Positions 19,357 to 28,281 of a stretch of DNA of 64,000 bases are shown here, piece by piece. The stretch is from Saprospirales bacterium (GTDB taxonomy: Bacteria > Bacteroidota > Bacteroidia > Chitinophagales > UBA8649): assembly GCA_002708985.1 (NCBI GenBank), contig PAPS01000018.1:263-64262 (forward strand), read 5' to 3'. Position 1 is the stretch's first letter. Each line of letters begins with the position of its first letter. The notes beneath the pieces are model-generated. The model was not told where the DNA came from, did not search any database, and saw nothing but the letters and a program-made list of their open reading frames with translations. A program made the translations under genes and the position numbers.

Positions 19357-20001
19357 TTATTTGTGCAAATGCATCTGTAAAATATCCAAAAACTCGGCCA
19401 GTTGTATCGGGTAGGCTCCAAAGTTTTCCATCAAGGTAGTGGGGATTTGTACATCAATCAGTTCAAAATCCATTTGAGTACATAAATGATGAAGCGCAAC
19501 TTTGGATGCCCCACTTTTAAGATGAAACATAGATTCTCCAAAGAAGATAGGATCCATAGCTACTCCATATAGGCCTCCTATCAAGTCATCTTTTTCCCAC
19601 ACCTCTATAGACTTTGCGTAGCCCATTGTATGCAATTGACAATAGGCTTCAATCATTTCAGGATGAATCCAAGTTCCTTCTTGCCCCTTTCTAGGAATAG
19701 AAGCACATTGTTGAATTACTGTATCAAAGGAAGTGTTTACACGGACAGTCCATTGGCTTTTTGCGATGAATTCACGCGCACTTTTCGGAAGATGGAACCG
19801 ATCTTTTGTAATAACGAAACGCGGGTCTGGTGCATGCCATAGAATAGGTCCTTTTTGTCCATACCATGGAAAGATTCCATTTTTATAGGCATAAATCAAT
19901 CGCTCGGGATGTAAATCTCCTCCAACGGCCACAAGTCCGTCTTCACCAAATAGTGGATTGGGTAGAGCATAGATGTCGTCATTTAGCATTACAATCGGCA
20001 T
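19357..20001 (-). CDS. aat: Leucyl/phenylalanyl-tRNA--protein transferase
   Basis: YKNGIFPWY and EVWEKDDLIGGLYGVAMDPIFFGESMFH. Confidence 0.9.
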   Translation of the reverse strand: MPIVMLNDDIYALPNPLFGEDGLVAVGGDLHPERLIYAYKNGIFPWYGQKGPILWHAPDPRFVITKDRFHLPKSAREFIAKSQWTVRVNTSFDTVIQQCASIPRKGQEGTWIHPEMIEAYCQLHTMGYAKSIEVWEKDDLIGGLYGVAMDPIFFGESMFHLKSGASKVALHHLCTQMDFELIDVQIPTTLMENFGAYPIQLAEFLDILQMHLHK

Positions 20002-20007
20002 GATATT

Positions 20008-20613
20008 CTAATGGCGATATGTGATCTTGCGATGTTTTCCTTTTACGTAGAAGTGCTCTAATCCTTGACTTAGTGCTAGGTCTTTCCAAGCCTCTTGGTG
20101 TTCGCCTTGATAGAGCGGCTCACGGATGATTACTTCTTGAATTCGTCCAATAACCAAAATTCCCTGACTCGATGGAATGGTAATATGCTCTTCATATTCA
20201 CAAAAGATTTGGACATCAGCATGTTGCAGGGCGGGAACGGAGTGGTTGTTAAGGGCAGTTGGCTGAATATGCTTCCCTATAAATTCCGAATGATCAGAAG
20301 GCAGGTTTTCCGAAGAGTTCACTACATCTTCAAGATCTTCCTCGCGCACGGAATTAATAGAAAAAGATTGATGCGCTATGATGTTTTGAAGGGTATGTCT
20401 ATGATTGTTGTCTGGTCGACTAATGTATCCGATTCTCGCTGGATTCGAACTGATATGAACAATCGAGTTAAACGGAGCAATATTCAGTGTGCTTCCACTA
20501 GAGGTGACAATGGCAAACAGCGATTTAATGCCTGATAGTCCTTGTACAAATTCTGTCCGCTGACGTTTGGGCATGGCTTGCAAATCATCTGCAAGGAAAT
20601 GCCGGTAGGACAT
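20008..20613 (-). CDS. Flavin reductase-like (split-barrel FMN-binding) domain protein
   Basis: The pattern KSLFAIVTSSGSTLNIAPFNS...SSNPARIGYISRP..HTLQNI resembles the flavin-reductase-like fold. Weak call. Confidence 0.45.
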   Translation of the reverse strand: MSYRHFLADDLQAMPKRQRTEFVQGLSGIKSLFAIVTSSGSTLNIAPFNSIVHISSNPARIGYISRPDNNHRHTLQNIIAHQSFSINSVREEDLEDVVNSSENLPSDHSEFIGKHIQPTALNNHSVPALQHADVQIFCEYEEHITIPSSQGILVIGRIQEVIIREPLYQGEHQEAWKDLALSQGLEHFYVKGKHRKITYRH

Positions 20614-20951
20614 TATTCTATAGTTGCTTGAATACCCCTTTCCGTTAAGGCCTCACGCTGAGCCTTAAGTTTGTCTTCACTTCCTGTTTTTACAGCATAC
20701 TTTCCTGTGAAATGGATAAGCATGGCACATTGCTCCGCTTGAATGGAACTGTGACCGCAGACTTCAATTAAGGAAGAGATTACCCAATCAAAAGTATTCA
20801 CTTCATCGTTGTGTACGATGAGCTTGGCGCCGAGGTCTTCTAGTACATCTTGATCATAACTTGGGCTGAAGTCAGTATTGGGATCTGAATGATTCAAAAT
20901 TATGGCAGTTCGCTCGCTGAAAACTAGATTGTTTTGGTGATTAATTAGCAT
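20613..20951 (-). CDS. clpS: ATP-dependent Clp protease adaptor ClpS
   Basis: LIVHNDEVNTFDWVISSLIEVCGHSSIQAEQCAMLIHFTGKYAVKTG. Confidence 0.9.
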   Translation of the reverse strand: MLINHQNNLVFSERTAIILNHSDPNTDFSPSYDQDVLEDLGAKLIVHNDEVNTFDWVISSLIEVCGHSSIQAEQCAMLIHFTGKYAVKTGSEDKLKAQREALTERGIQATIE

Positions 20952-20973
20952 AATATTTTGAATATACTATCTT

Positions 20974-21405
20974 TTACAAATAGGATTCTGCCTTTTTTCG
21001 TAAAGTTTGGATCATAGAATGTAAACCATTCGATCGCTGAGAACTCAGGTGTTCGTGTAGGCCTATCGCCTCAATAAAAGATAGGGGGTGCTGGTATACT
21101 TCAGCTGGGCTTAACCCATCGAGTACCCGCACTAACATGGCAATGATTCCTTTAGTTATGGCTGTGTTGCTGTCTGCTTGTAAAAAAATACGTTGAGCGC
21201 GGCATTGAACATCCAACCATACAGTGGATTGACAGCCCTTTACAATATTATCTTCTGTCTTTGCTGCTTGGTCCATTGGCGGAAGCTCCTCGCCAAACTC
21301 AATAATTACCCCATAACGATCTAGCGGATCATCAAAGGCAGTCACTTCATTGTAAATAGCTTGTTCTCTAGTATCCATATTATACCGCCTACCTAACTCA
21401 AACAA
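20974..21405 (-). CDS. sufE: SufE-like cysteine desulfuration protein
   Basis: VKGCQSTVWL active-site Cys context, ~140 aa. The start may be the internal MDTREQ. Confidence 0.8.
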   Translation of the reverse strand: MFELGRRYNMDTREQAIYNEVTAFDDPLDRYGVIIEFGEELPPMDQAAKTEDNIVKGCQSTVWLDVQCRAQRIFLQADSNTAITKGIIAMLVRVLDGLSPAEVYQHPLSFIEAIGLHEHLSSQRSNGLHSMIQTLRKKAESYL

Positions 21406-21902
21406 GCAAAAAGTTGTTCAAATCCCTTTGCAAATTGTTGCTGAGTGTGCTTTGAGCCATCTTTAGCCTGATTGGTTTGAGTTTTTTGCGCCAAGGTCAC
21501 ACAGCCCATTGTGGGATAGCTGTAGGATTCCCCTGAGAGAAGGCTTGCGAAATTGCTGATTCCAGGATTATGCCCTATAATCATGCAATGCTTTTCCCGT
21601 TCTACCTTATGCTCGTAAAAATCCAACAATTCATACTCGGAAGCATTGTAGAGGTTTTTAACAACTCTCAATCTGTCATAACTCAATTGCAACTCACGTA
21701 TCAATATCATGGCTGTGTGAATACTTCGCTGAGCTGGACTGACATAAAAAATATCAGGTTCAACGCGCTTAGCGCCCATCTTTTTCGAAAATGCAATGGT
21801 TTGCGTGATTCCGAAAGCTGACAGAGGCCGATCGATATCCTCCACACGGGCAATATGTGATGGCGTACTGTCGGCATGACGCGCAAGAGAAATAAAGTTC
21901 AT
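21393..21902 (-). CDS. Histidine phosphatase superfamily protein (SixA-like)
   Basis: N-terminal LARHADS (RH catalytic motif) and IIGHNPGIS. Confidence 0.7.
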   Translation of the reverse strand: MNFISLARHADSTPSHIARVEDIDRPLSAFGITQTIAFSKKMGAKRVEPDIFYVSPAQRSIHTAMILIRELQLSYDRLRVVKNLYNASEYELLDFYEHKVEREKHCMIIGHNPGISNFASLLSGESYSYPTMGCVTLAQKTQTNQAKDGSKHTQQQFAKGFEQLFACLS

Positions 21903-21911
21903 GAGGAGAAG

Positions 21912-21937
21912 TTATGGAATTTTTTATGGAATACCAT
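21912..21937. promoter_or_regulatory. Shared AT-rich motif ttatggaatt...aataccat just upstream of a minus-strand start codon (second copy at 51085..51104)
   Basis: The 10-mer ttatggaatt and the 8-mer aataccat occur in the same order 10 nt upstream of the 21902 start codon and 13 nt upstream of the 51072 start codon. They contain tatgg/ccata inverted arms. Confidence 0.3.
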
Positions 21938-21958
21938 CTATAGGTCAAATAGATTTCC

Positions 21959-22777
21959 ATGATTGCTAATCGACTTAGACCCTTTCTTCAGGATGCACGG
22001 CATTACCAAATGACCTATCTATCGCTCTTTTTACTGACAGGTATCCTGTTTCTCGAATGGTATGATAACTTATTGCATTACGCGGTCCTTATTGTTACCG
22101 CATTATGTATTCAGAGCATGGGGATACTCGCCGTCGCTAAGTACAATGATGGATGGTGGAAAAGTGCATTGATCACCTCACTGGGTCTTTGTTTACTATG
22201 CAAAACAGGATCACTTCAGACCACGCTTCTTGCCGCTACGCTTGCCATTGGATCAAAGTTCATCATACGATTTCGCGGCAAGCACCTTTTTAATCCAGTA
22301 AATTTTGGGTTGATTGCCACCAGCCTCATTACTCAAGACTCATGGGTTTCTCCGGGTCAATGGGGAAGCCACGTCATCCTTTTGCTTGTGTTGGGTGCAC
22401 TGGGCTTTATTGTATTAGCCAAAGTTCAGCGCTGGGATGCACCTCTTACATTCTTTATTGTGTTTGGTGGCCTTATGTATAGTAATATAGTTTGGTACAA
22501 GGGCTGGGACTTCGGCGTATTCCTTCACAGCATTACGAGCGGAACACTTGTCCTCTTTGCGTTTTACATGATTACGGATCCTATGACCACTCCGAATCAT
22601 CGGACTGGGCGAATTCTATGGATAGGTCTTGTGTCGCTTCTTTCTTTTGTCCTCGTAACTCAATACTATTTCTATTCTGCCCCGATTTGGGTGCTCTTCT
22701 TTATGTCTCCCTTAGTTCCTCTATTCGATAGGTATTGGAAGGCCCCAAAGTATGTATGGGCTCCTAAATCCCTCTAG
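21959..22777 (+). CDS. Stand-alone RnfD/NqrB-like integral membrane protein
   Basis: KHLFNPVNFG and SGTLVLFAFYMITDPMTTP match the conserved RnfD/NqrB segments. No other rnf or nqr genes are nearby. Confidence 0.6.
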   Translation: MIANRLRPFLQDARHYQMTYLSLFLLTGILFLEWYDNLLHYAVLIVTALCIQSMGILAVAKYNDGWWKSALITSLGLCLLCKTGSLQTTLLAATLAIGSKFIIRFRGKHLFNPVNFGLIATSLITQDSWVSPGQWGSHVILLLVLGALGFIVLAKVQRWDAPLTFFIVFGGLMYSNIVWYKGWDFGVFLHSITSGTLVLFAFYMITDPMTTPNHRTGRILWIGLVSLLSFVLVTQYYFYSAPIWVLFFMSPLVPLFDRYWKAPKYVWAPKSL

Positions 22778-22804
22778 TTATATATTCTTAATCAAATCAA
22801 TCTT

Positions 22805-24310
22805 ATGAAAACAATCGTTTATTTCTTTTTGTCCTGTATCGCTTTTATGCCTCATTATGTCTATTCGTTTTGCGGATTTTATGTAGCCAAGGCTAATACT
22901 GAGCTGTTTAATGAAAAATCAGAAGTCATCTTGACCCGTGATGGCTTTGAAACTGTACTCACAATGTCCAATGACTTCAAGGGAGATGTGAAGGATTTTG
23001 CCATGGTTATTCCGGTGCCAACTGTTCTTTCTCGAAACAATATCAAAGTCGTCGATCGATACATCTTTGATCGGTTGAATGGCTACTCTGGACCCAGATT
23101 AGTGGAATACTATGACGAGCATCCATGCTATCGTTACGACTATCGGATGATGGGAAAAATATCTATACCCGCAATGGAAGTCACGGAAGGCGCTAGCGGA
23201 TCCATAGAGTTTGATGATTATCAAGTAACTATTGAGGCATCCTATACAGTCGGCGAATATGATATTTTGCTTCTATCTGCTGAAGAATCATTAGGCCTCA
23301 AACGTTGGTTAACTGATAATGGCTACCAGATTCCAGAGAAAGCCGAAGCTATTTTAGAGCCCTATTTGAAGAGCGACATGAAGTTTTTTGTCGCGAAGAT
23401 TAACCTAGAAGAGTACGGTCAGTCCGACTACCAAAATCTAAGGCCAATTCAAATCCGATACAACCATCCACGGTTTATGTTGCCAATTCGCTTGGGTATG
23501 GCCAACGCAAGAGGAAGTCAAGACCTAATTGTGTATGCCATGACACCTTTGGGAAGAGTAGAGGCAACAAATTATCAGACAGTAGATATTCCCTCTAATT
23601 TTAACATACCAACATCTATTACTAGTCAGTTTAGCGAATTCTACAAGGATCTATTTGCCAAGGCATACCGTCGCAACGGCCGTAACGCGGTATTTGTGGA
23701 ATATGCCTGGGATCTTTCGTCTTCTAATTATACAAAATGTGACCCTTGTGCGACGACACCACCTGCCTATTCAGAACTAATTGATGCGGGTGTTCATTGG
23801 ATTGATTATGAAGATGTATCAGGGTGGGGTGGTGCAGATTACAGTGGAAATCTATTTTTTACTCGTCTACATGTTCGCTACGATAATCTTCACTTCCCTT
23901 CCGATCTAGAGTTTCATGTTACATCAAATATGACGAGCCATCAAGGACGCTATGTTATGAACCATATGTATGACGGCCCCATCGATTGTGAGGGAGATAC
24001 GGACCTTCATTATTATCTACAAGTCAAAGATCGAAGAGAAGATGAATTGGACAACCTTGCTTATTACGCCGGCTGGGATAAGAATAAGTATCGTTCCTAT
24101 ATATCAGCAATCGATAAGAACTTAGAGCGTGTTGACCCTGAAAATAAACGAAACAACCTATGGTTTGTAATCAAACATTTCGGTCGAAACATACTTGGTT
24201 ACAAAGCAACTCCTCACTACCAATACGCAGTCGTAACGTTAGTCGGAATCTTGGGGTTAGTCTTTATGCGTCGTTTTGCTCGCCGTAAAAAAGTACTTAG
24301 AGTGCAATAA
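22805..24310 (+). CDS. DUF2330-like secreted protein with a C-terminal TM anchor
   Basis: Signal peptide followed by FCGFYVAKANTELFNE..VILTRDG, as I recall for DUF2330. The C-terminus has a TM helix followed by RRFARRKK. Confidence 0.55.
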   Translation: MKTIVYFFLSCIAFMPHYVYSFCGFYVAKANTELFNEKSEVILTRDGFETVLTMSNDFKGDVKDFAMVIPVPTVLSRNNIKVVDRYIFDRLNGYSGPRLVEYYDEHPCYRYDYRMMGKISIPAMEVTEGASGSIEFDDYQVTIEASYTVGEYDILLLSAEESLGLKRWLTDNGYQIPEKAEAILEPYLKSDMKFFVAKINLEEYGQSDYQNLRPIQIRYNHPRFMLPIRLGMANARGSQDLIVYAMTPLGRVEATNYQTVDIPSNFNIPTSITSQFSEFYKDLFAKAYRRNGRNAVFVEYAWDLSSSNYTKCDPCATTPPAYSELIDAGVHWIDYEDVSGWGGADYSGNLFFTRLHVRYDNLHFPSDLEFHVTSNMTSHQGRYVMNHMYDGPIDCEGDTDLHYYLQVKDRREDELDNLAYYAGWDKNKYRSYISAIDKNLERVDPENKRNNLWFVIKHFGRNILGYKATPHYQYAVVTLVGILGLVFMRRFARRKKVLRVQ

Positions 24311-25721
24311 GTGCCTCAAAAAATCTATCGAGATAGAGTCGAAGGTTGGCGTTGCTACTTACGTGATTATTTATAATAAGGGAAAACGATAACCATTTGC
24401 CCCTATTTGTTTGGACTAAGCCGGTATAGGATAGGACACCGGTAAGCCCACCTGATTTGGCAAAAACTCGCCCAACAGCTGGGCTATTTTGAAGCACTAA
24501 TTCTTCTAAGGTACCTGACTTGCCGAGAACGGCGAGGGACTGCTGAAACGTGCTATTCGATGAGTTTTGTGCGAAGTGATTGACCAACTGGGTCATTTGG
24601 TTAGCAGATATAATGTTTGATCGACTGAGTCCTGAGCCGTCCATTATTCTGCAGCGTAATCCTTGAATTCCATGTTTTCTGGCATAGTTCTCTACCAATT
24701 CCTGTGGATTTGTAAGCCCTGATTTTATCAGCATTGTCTTCATAAGGGCATCGGCAAAAACGTTTACACTCCATGTATTTGTTTGCTTAGCAATGTCAAA
24801 CAACTCTGGACTTTTGTGGATAGATTCTTGAATCAATAAATGATGATCTTGGTCGAAGAGGTCTCCAAGAACAACTGCTTCGTTTCCCATTGCGCGAAGT
24901 TTGTCTTGTAGTATGGAAAGAGCGGCAAATTCAGGGTGGTGTAGGGCAGACTCTACCCGCATTCGCCAATGTCCATGTTTCATTTTGCCATGAACAAACA
25001 AGGCTTTAGAACCGATGGGATAATTTATGGATAGGGATGAAGTTGAGGCATCTGCCACTTCATATACAATAGTATCGAATTGAGCTTCAATGTTTGGGAC
25101 CAATTCTAAGGACCATGGCGCATCGAAATTCTTTTCTCTCTTCAGATAGGTACGCAGTACATTTTCATTGAGGTTAACAGAATGGGCAACTGCTCCATAG
25201 TACTGACCGAGGTCTTCATGCCCGTAATCCACAGGTACAGGATCAAGGGGCCACTCTCCTGGGTCATGATAAATTCGCTGGATGGCACTGGCCTCTGTTG
25301 TGAGGAGTAAATCATCAAGAAGATTATAGAGTATTTCTTGCCCATTAGCTTGGTGCGTAAAACGCATAGATCCAAGCGTTGGGTCTCCACTTCCCCGTAA
25401 GACTAAACAAGTGTCTCCATCTTCTATTGTAAGGGATAACGTGGTCTCATAGGTAAAGGATGATCCGAGTTCATCTAAGGCCATTCCAGTCGTAATGGTT
25501 TTTAGTGAAGAAGCTGGACACAGGTTAGCTGATCCATTGTAGTCATAGATAAGGTCATCGTTCGATAAATCTCGCACGCTGAGTCCTATGGTTGCCCCAT
25601 GGAAGGTGGATTTGTTTTTCCATGAATCAATTAAAGAAGATAAGGGCTGGGAAGAAACACTTGATTTAGCGAATACACCTATAAAAAAGAATAGGATAAT
25701 TTTACGAAAGCAACTTTGCAT
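24297..25721 (-). CDS. dacB: D-alanyl-D-alanine carboxypeptidase/endopeptidase (PBP4, S13 family)
   Basis: SxxK motif PASSLKTIT and a KSG(G) box (FAKSGGLTG). Signal peptide present. Confidence 0.85.
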   Translation of the reverse strand: MQSCFRKIILFFFIGVFAKSSVSSQPLSSLIDSWKNKSTFHGATIGLSVRDLSNDDLIYDYNGSANLCPASSLKTITTGMALDELGSSFTYETTLSLTIEDGDTCLVLRGSGDPTLGSMRFTHQANGQEILYNLLDDLLLTTEASAIQRIYHDPGEWPLDPVPVDYGHEDLGQYYGAVAHSVNLNENVLRTYLKREKNFDAPWSLELVPNIEAQFDTIVYEVADASTSSLSINYPIGSKALFVHGKMKHGHWRMRVESALHHPEFAALSILQDKLRAMGNEAVVLGDLFDQDHHLLIQESIHKSPELFDIAKQTNTWSVNVFADALMKTMLIKSGLTNPQELVENYARKHGIQGLRCRIMDGSGLSRSNIISANQMTQLVNHFAQNSSNSTFQQSLAVLGKSGTLEELVLQNSPAVGRVFAKSGGLTGVLSYTGLVQTNRGKWLSFSLIINNHVSSNANLRLYLDRFFEALIAL

Positions 25722-25805
25722 ACTCTTTAATTGTTAAGAAGTAAATAAACTTGTTTTTTATGAATTGTATTTATTTACAATGACGTTTTTACACAATTTA
25801 TACTC

Positions 25806-26111
25806 ATGGAACATTTGAAAAATGCCATCATTGAACAGATAAAAACAATCTTTGATCCAGAGATTCCCGTGAATATTTATGCTTTAGGCTTAATTTATGA
25901 AGTCAATGTAGATGAAAAAGGGCAAGCAGAAGTGATAATGACCTTAACTTCACCTGCATGTCCAGTGGCAGGAAGTTTGCCTGGTGAGGTAGAAGAGGTT
26001 GTTATGGGGGTTGACGGCGTGGAGGATGCGGTGGTTGAACTTGTTTTTGACCCACCATGGGATAAGGAAATGATGAGTGATGAAGCCAAGTTTGAGCTTG
26101 GCTTCGATTAA
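25806..26111 (+). CDS. DUF59 (SufT/MIP18-like) Fe-S assembly protein
   Basis: IFDPEIPVNIYALGLIYEV...MTLTSPACPVAG. Confidence 0.8.
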   Translation: MEHLKNAIIEQIKTIFDPEIPVNIYALGLIYEVNVDEKGQAEVIMTLTSPACPVAGSLPGEVEEVVMGVDGVEDAVVELVFDPPWDKEMMSDEAKFELGFD

Positions 26112-26146
26112 TAAAAATGTACGATTTGCAAAACTAAATTTACCAC

Positions 26147-26563
26147 ATGTACCCACAAGAAATAATCCTTCCGATGAAGGCTGAGTTAACCGATAAAGGC
26201 TTTCGCCAACTAGAAACCTCTAACGATGTAGATGCAGAATTGTCTGATCAAAAAGGAACCACGTTTGTTGTATTTAATTCGGTATGCGGTTGCGCAGCGG
26301 GATCTGCAAGACCAGCGGTGATTGATGCTATTCAAAATGACGTAAAACCAGATCATTTGGTTACCGTTTTTGCTGGAGTGGATAAGGAGGCTACCGATAA
26401 GGCAAGGTCTTACACTCAGCCCTATCCACCCTCTTCGCCTTCTATGGCGTTGTTCAAAGATGGGGAGCTCGTTCATTTTATTGAGCGACACCAAATTGAG
26501 AGCAATAATGCTGAAACCATTTCATCCCACCTCAAACAAGTATTTAATCACTTTTGTAAATAA
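26147..26563 (+). CDS. Bacilliredoxin (BrxA/BrxB, DUF1094 family)
   Basis: VVFNSVCGCAAGSARP contains the CGC redox motif, and the protein is ~140 aa. Confidence 0.8.
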   Translation: MYPQEIILPMKAELTDKGFRQLETSNDVDAELSDQKGTTFVVFNSVCGCAAGSARPAVIDAIQNDVKPDHLVTVFAGVDKEATDKARSYTQPYPPSSPSMALFKDGELVHFIERHQIESNNAETISSHLKQVFNHFCK

Positions 26564-27672
26564 TGCCCGATTTTCATTCTCTTCAAGTAAGCCGTATTGA
26601 TCGGTTGACCGAACAGGCAGTAAAAGTTACTTTGGACATTCCTAACGGTTTAGCCGATTCCTTTTCTTTTTTGCCTGGTCAATACGTGACGTTAGATGTT
26701 GCTGTTGGTAATGAGAAGGTACGGAGGTCTTATTCCATATGCAGTGCCCCAAGCACTAAGGGCACAATTAGTGTGGGCGTCAAAGAAATTCCAAACGGTA
26801 AGGTTTCTCCCGTGCTTAATCGACATATTAAGGTTGGTGATTCTATCGAGTGTATGCCTCCTATGGGTAATTTTACTTGGACAAAAGGGTCTCAAGGAAG
26901 CGCTCATATTGTGCTTATTGGCGGAGGTAGTGGCATTACTCCTTTATTTTCGATTGCAACCACTATTCTGGAATCCAATGATTCATCTAGGGTTTCGCTT
27001 GTATATGGAAACAAGAATGGGGATTCAATTATGTTTTTAGAGGATATCAAAACTTTTGAACAGCAATATTCTTCTCGTTTTGAGGTTGTTCATGTCTTCG
27101 ATCAACCTAGAAAGAAAAAAGGTTTCTTTTCTTCCAAAACAATGGAAACGATTCTACACAAGGAAGGTCTTATCGATAGATCACTTTTATTGGGAGTATT
27201 AAATAGTATGAATGTGTCGACCGATACAGCGCATTTTTATATCTGTGGTCCAAGTCCAATGATGCGTTCTTGTCAGCAGGCATTAAAAAATATTGAGGTA
27301 TCGGATGAAAGAATTCACGTTGAGTTTTTTACAGAAAAAACAGACGAAGACAAAGAAGCAGCAATTCTCGGGGATATGGATGATGCGTTTGATGGAAATG
27401 CCATGGTCCAAATTCAGCTTGATGGAAGTAGTCAATCAATTGAAGTGGAGGAGCGGGATACTGTGTTGAATGCTGCGCTTGATAATGGTATTGATGCTCC
27501 CTATGCTTGTATGGTCGGTGCTTGTAATACTTGTAAGGCAAAACTTGTCAAAGGCCAGATTGAAATGGATGATCAAACAGCACTTCTTCCTCAAGAAGTT
27601 GAAGAAGGATATATATTAACGTGCCAATCTCATCCAAAGTCCTCTTATATTGAAGTGGATTATGATGCATAG
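26563..27672 (+). CDS. Ferredoxin-NAD(P) reductase with a C-terminal plant-type 2Fe-2S domain (PaaE/PaaK-like)
   Basis: RRSYSICS (FAD), GGGSGITP (NAD), and C..GACNTC..C (2Fe-2S). The start overlaps the brx stop as TAATG. Confidence 0.8.
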   Translation: MPDFHSLQVSRIDRLTEQAVKVTLDIPNGLADSFSFLPGQYVTLDVAVGNEKVRRSYSICSAPSTKGTISVGVKEIPNGKVSPVLNRHIKVGDSIECMPPMGNFTWTKGSQGSAHIVLIGGGSGITPLFSIATTILESNDSSRVSLVYGNKNGDSIMFLEDIKTFEQQYSSRFEVVHVFDQPRKKKGFFSSKTMETILHKEGLIDRSLLLGVLNSMNVSTDTAHFYICGPSPMMRSCQQALKNIEVSDERIHVEFFTEKTDEDKEAAILGDMDDAFDGNAMVQIQLDGSSQSIEVEERDTVLNAALDNGIDAPYACMVGACNTCKAKLVKGQIEMDDQTALLPQEVEEGYILTCQSHPKSSYIEVDYDA

Positions 27673-28273
27673 AATTCGAGATTTCTTTATAACTGCCATT
27701 GTTGGGGGAATGATAGTTGTCCTACCAATTGCATTAATTGCCTTTGCTTTTAGATGGCTCTTTTCACTAATCTATTCTGTGACGGCGAGTCTTGCTAAAT
27801 CTCTACATATTGTAGAAGCCTATCCAGATGGAGCAGCCTACATTACGATGGTACTCATTGTTGTTGCTATGTTTTTTATAGGGCTAGCCGTCAAGACGCG
27901 TATTGGTAAATTTCTGTATCACTATTTGGAGAAATACCTTCTGAGCAAGATTCCATTGTATTCTGTGTTGAGTGAAACAGTATCGACTATTGCAGATAGG
28001 GATCAAAAAGCTTTTAGTAAAGTGGTGCTAGTGGACGTTTATGGTTCGGGTATTTATATGACAGGCTTTGTTACCGACGAGACGAATTCAGAGTGGTATT
28101 CCATTTTTGTTCCAACTGCACCTAATCCAACCAACGGTTTTGTATTATCCACTCGTCGTGATGCTGTTATTGAGACTGATCTCAAGCCAGAAGATGCCGT
28201 GCGAACAGTAGTAGGCATGGGGGCTGGATCAACCGAAATACTAGGATACCTAGCGAATGCAAAGAAGGGCTAG
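27650..28273 (+). CDS. DUF502 family membrane protein
   Basis: N-terminal TM pair (FFITAIVGGMIVVLPIALIAFAFRWL) and PTAPNPTNGF. The start may be the internal MHRIRD. Confidence 0.7.
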   Translation: MKWIMMHRIRDFFITAIVGGMIVVLPIALIAFAFRWLFSLIYSVTASLAKSLHIVEAYPDGAAYITMVLIVVAMFFIGLAVKTRIGKFLYHYLEKYLLSKIPLYSVLSETVSTIADRDQKAFSKVVLVDVYGSGIYMTGFVTDETNSEWYSIFVPTAPNPTNGFVLSTRRDAVIETDLKPEDAVRTVVGMGAGSTEILGYLANAKKG

Positions 28274-28281
28274 GATAATTT

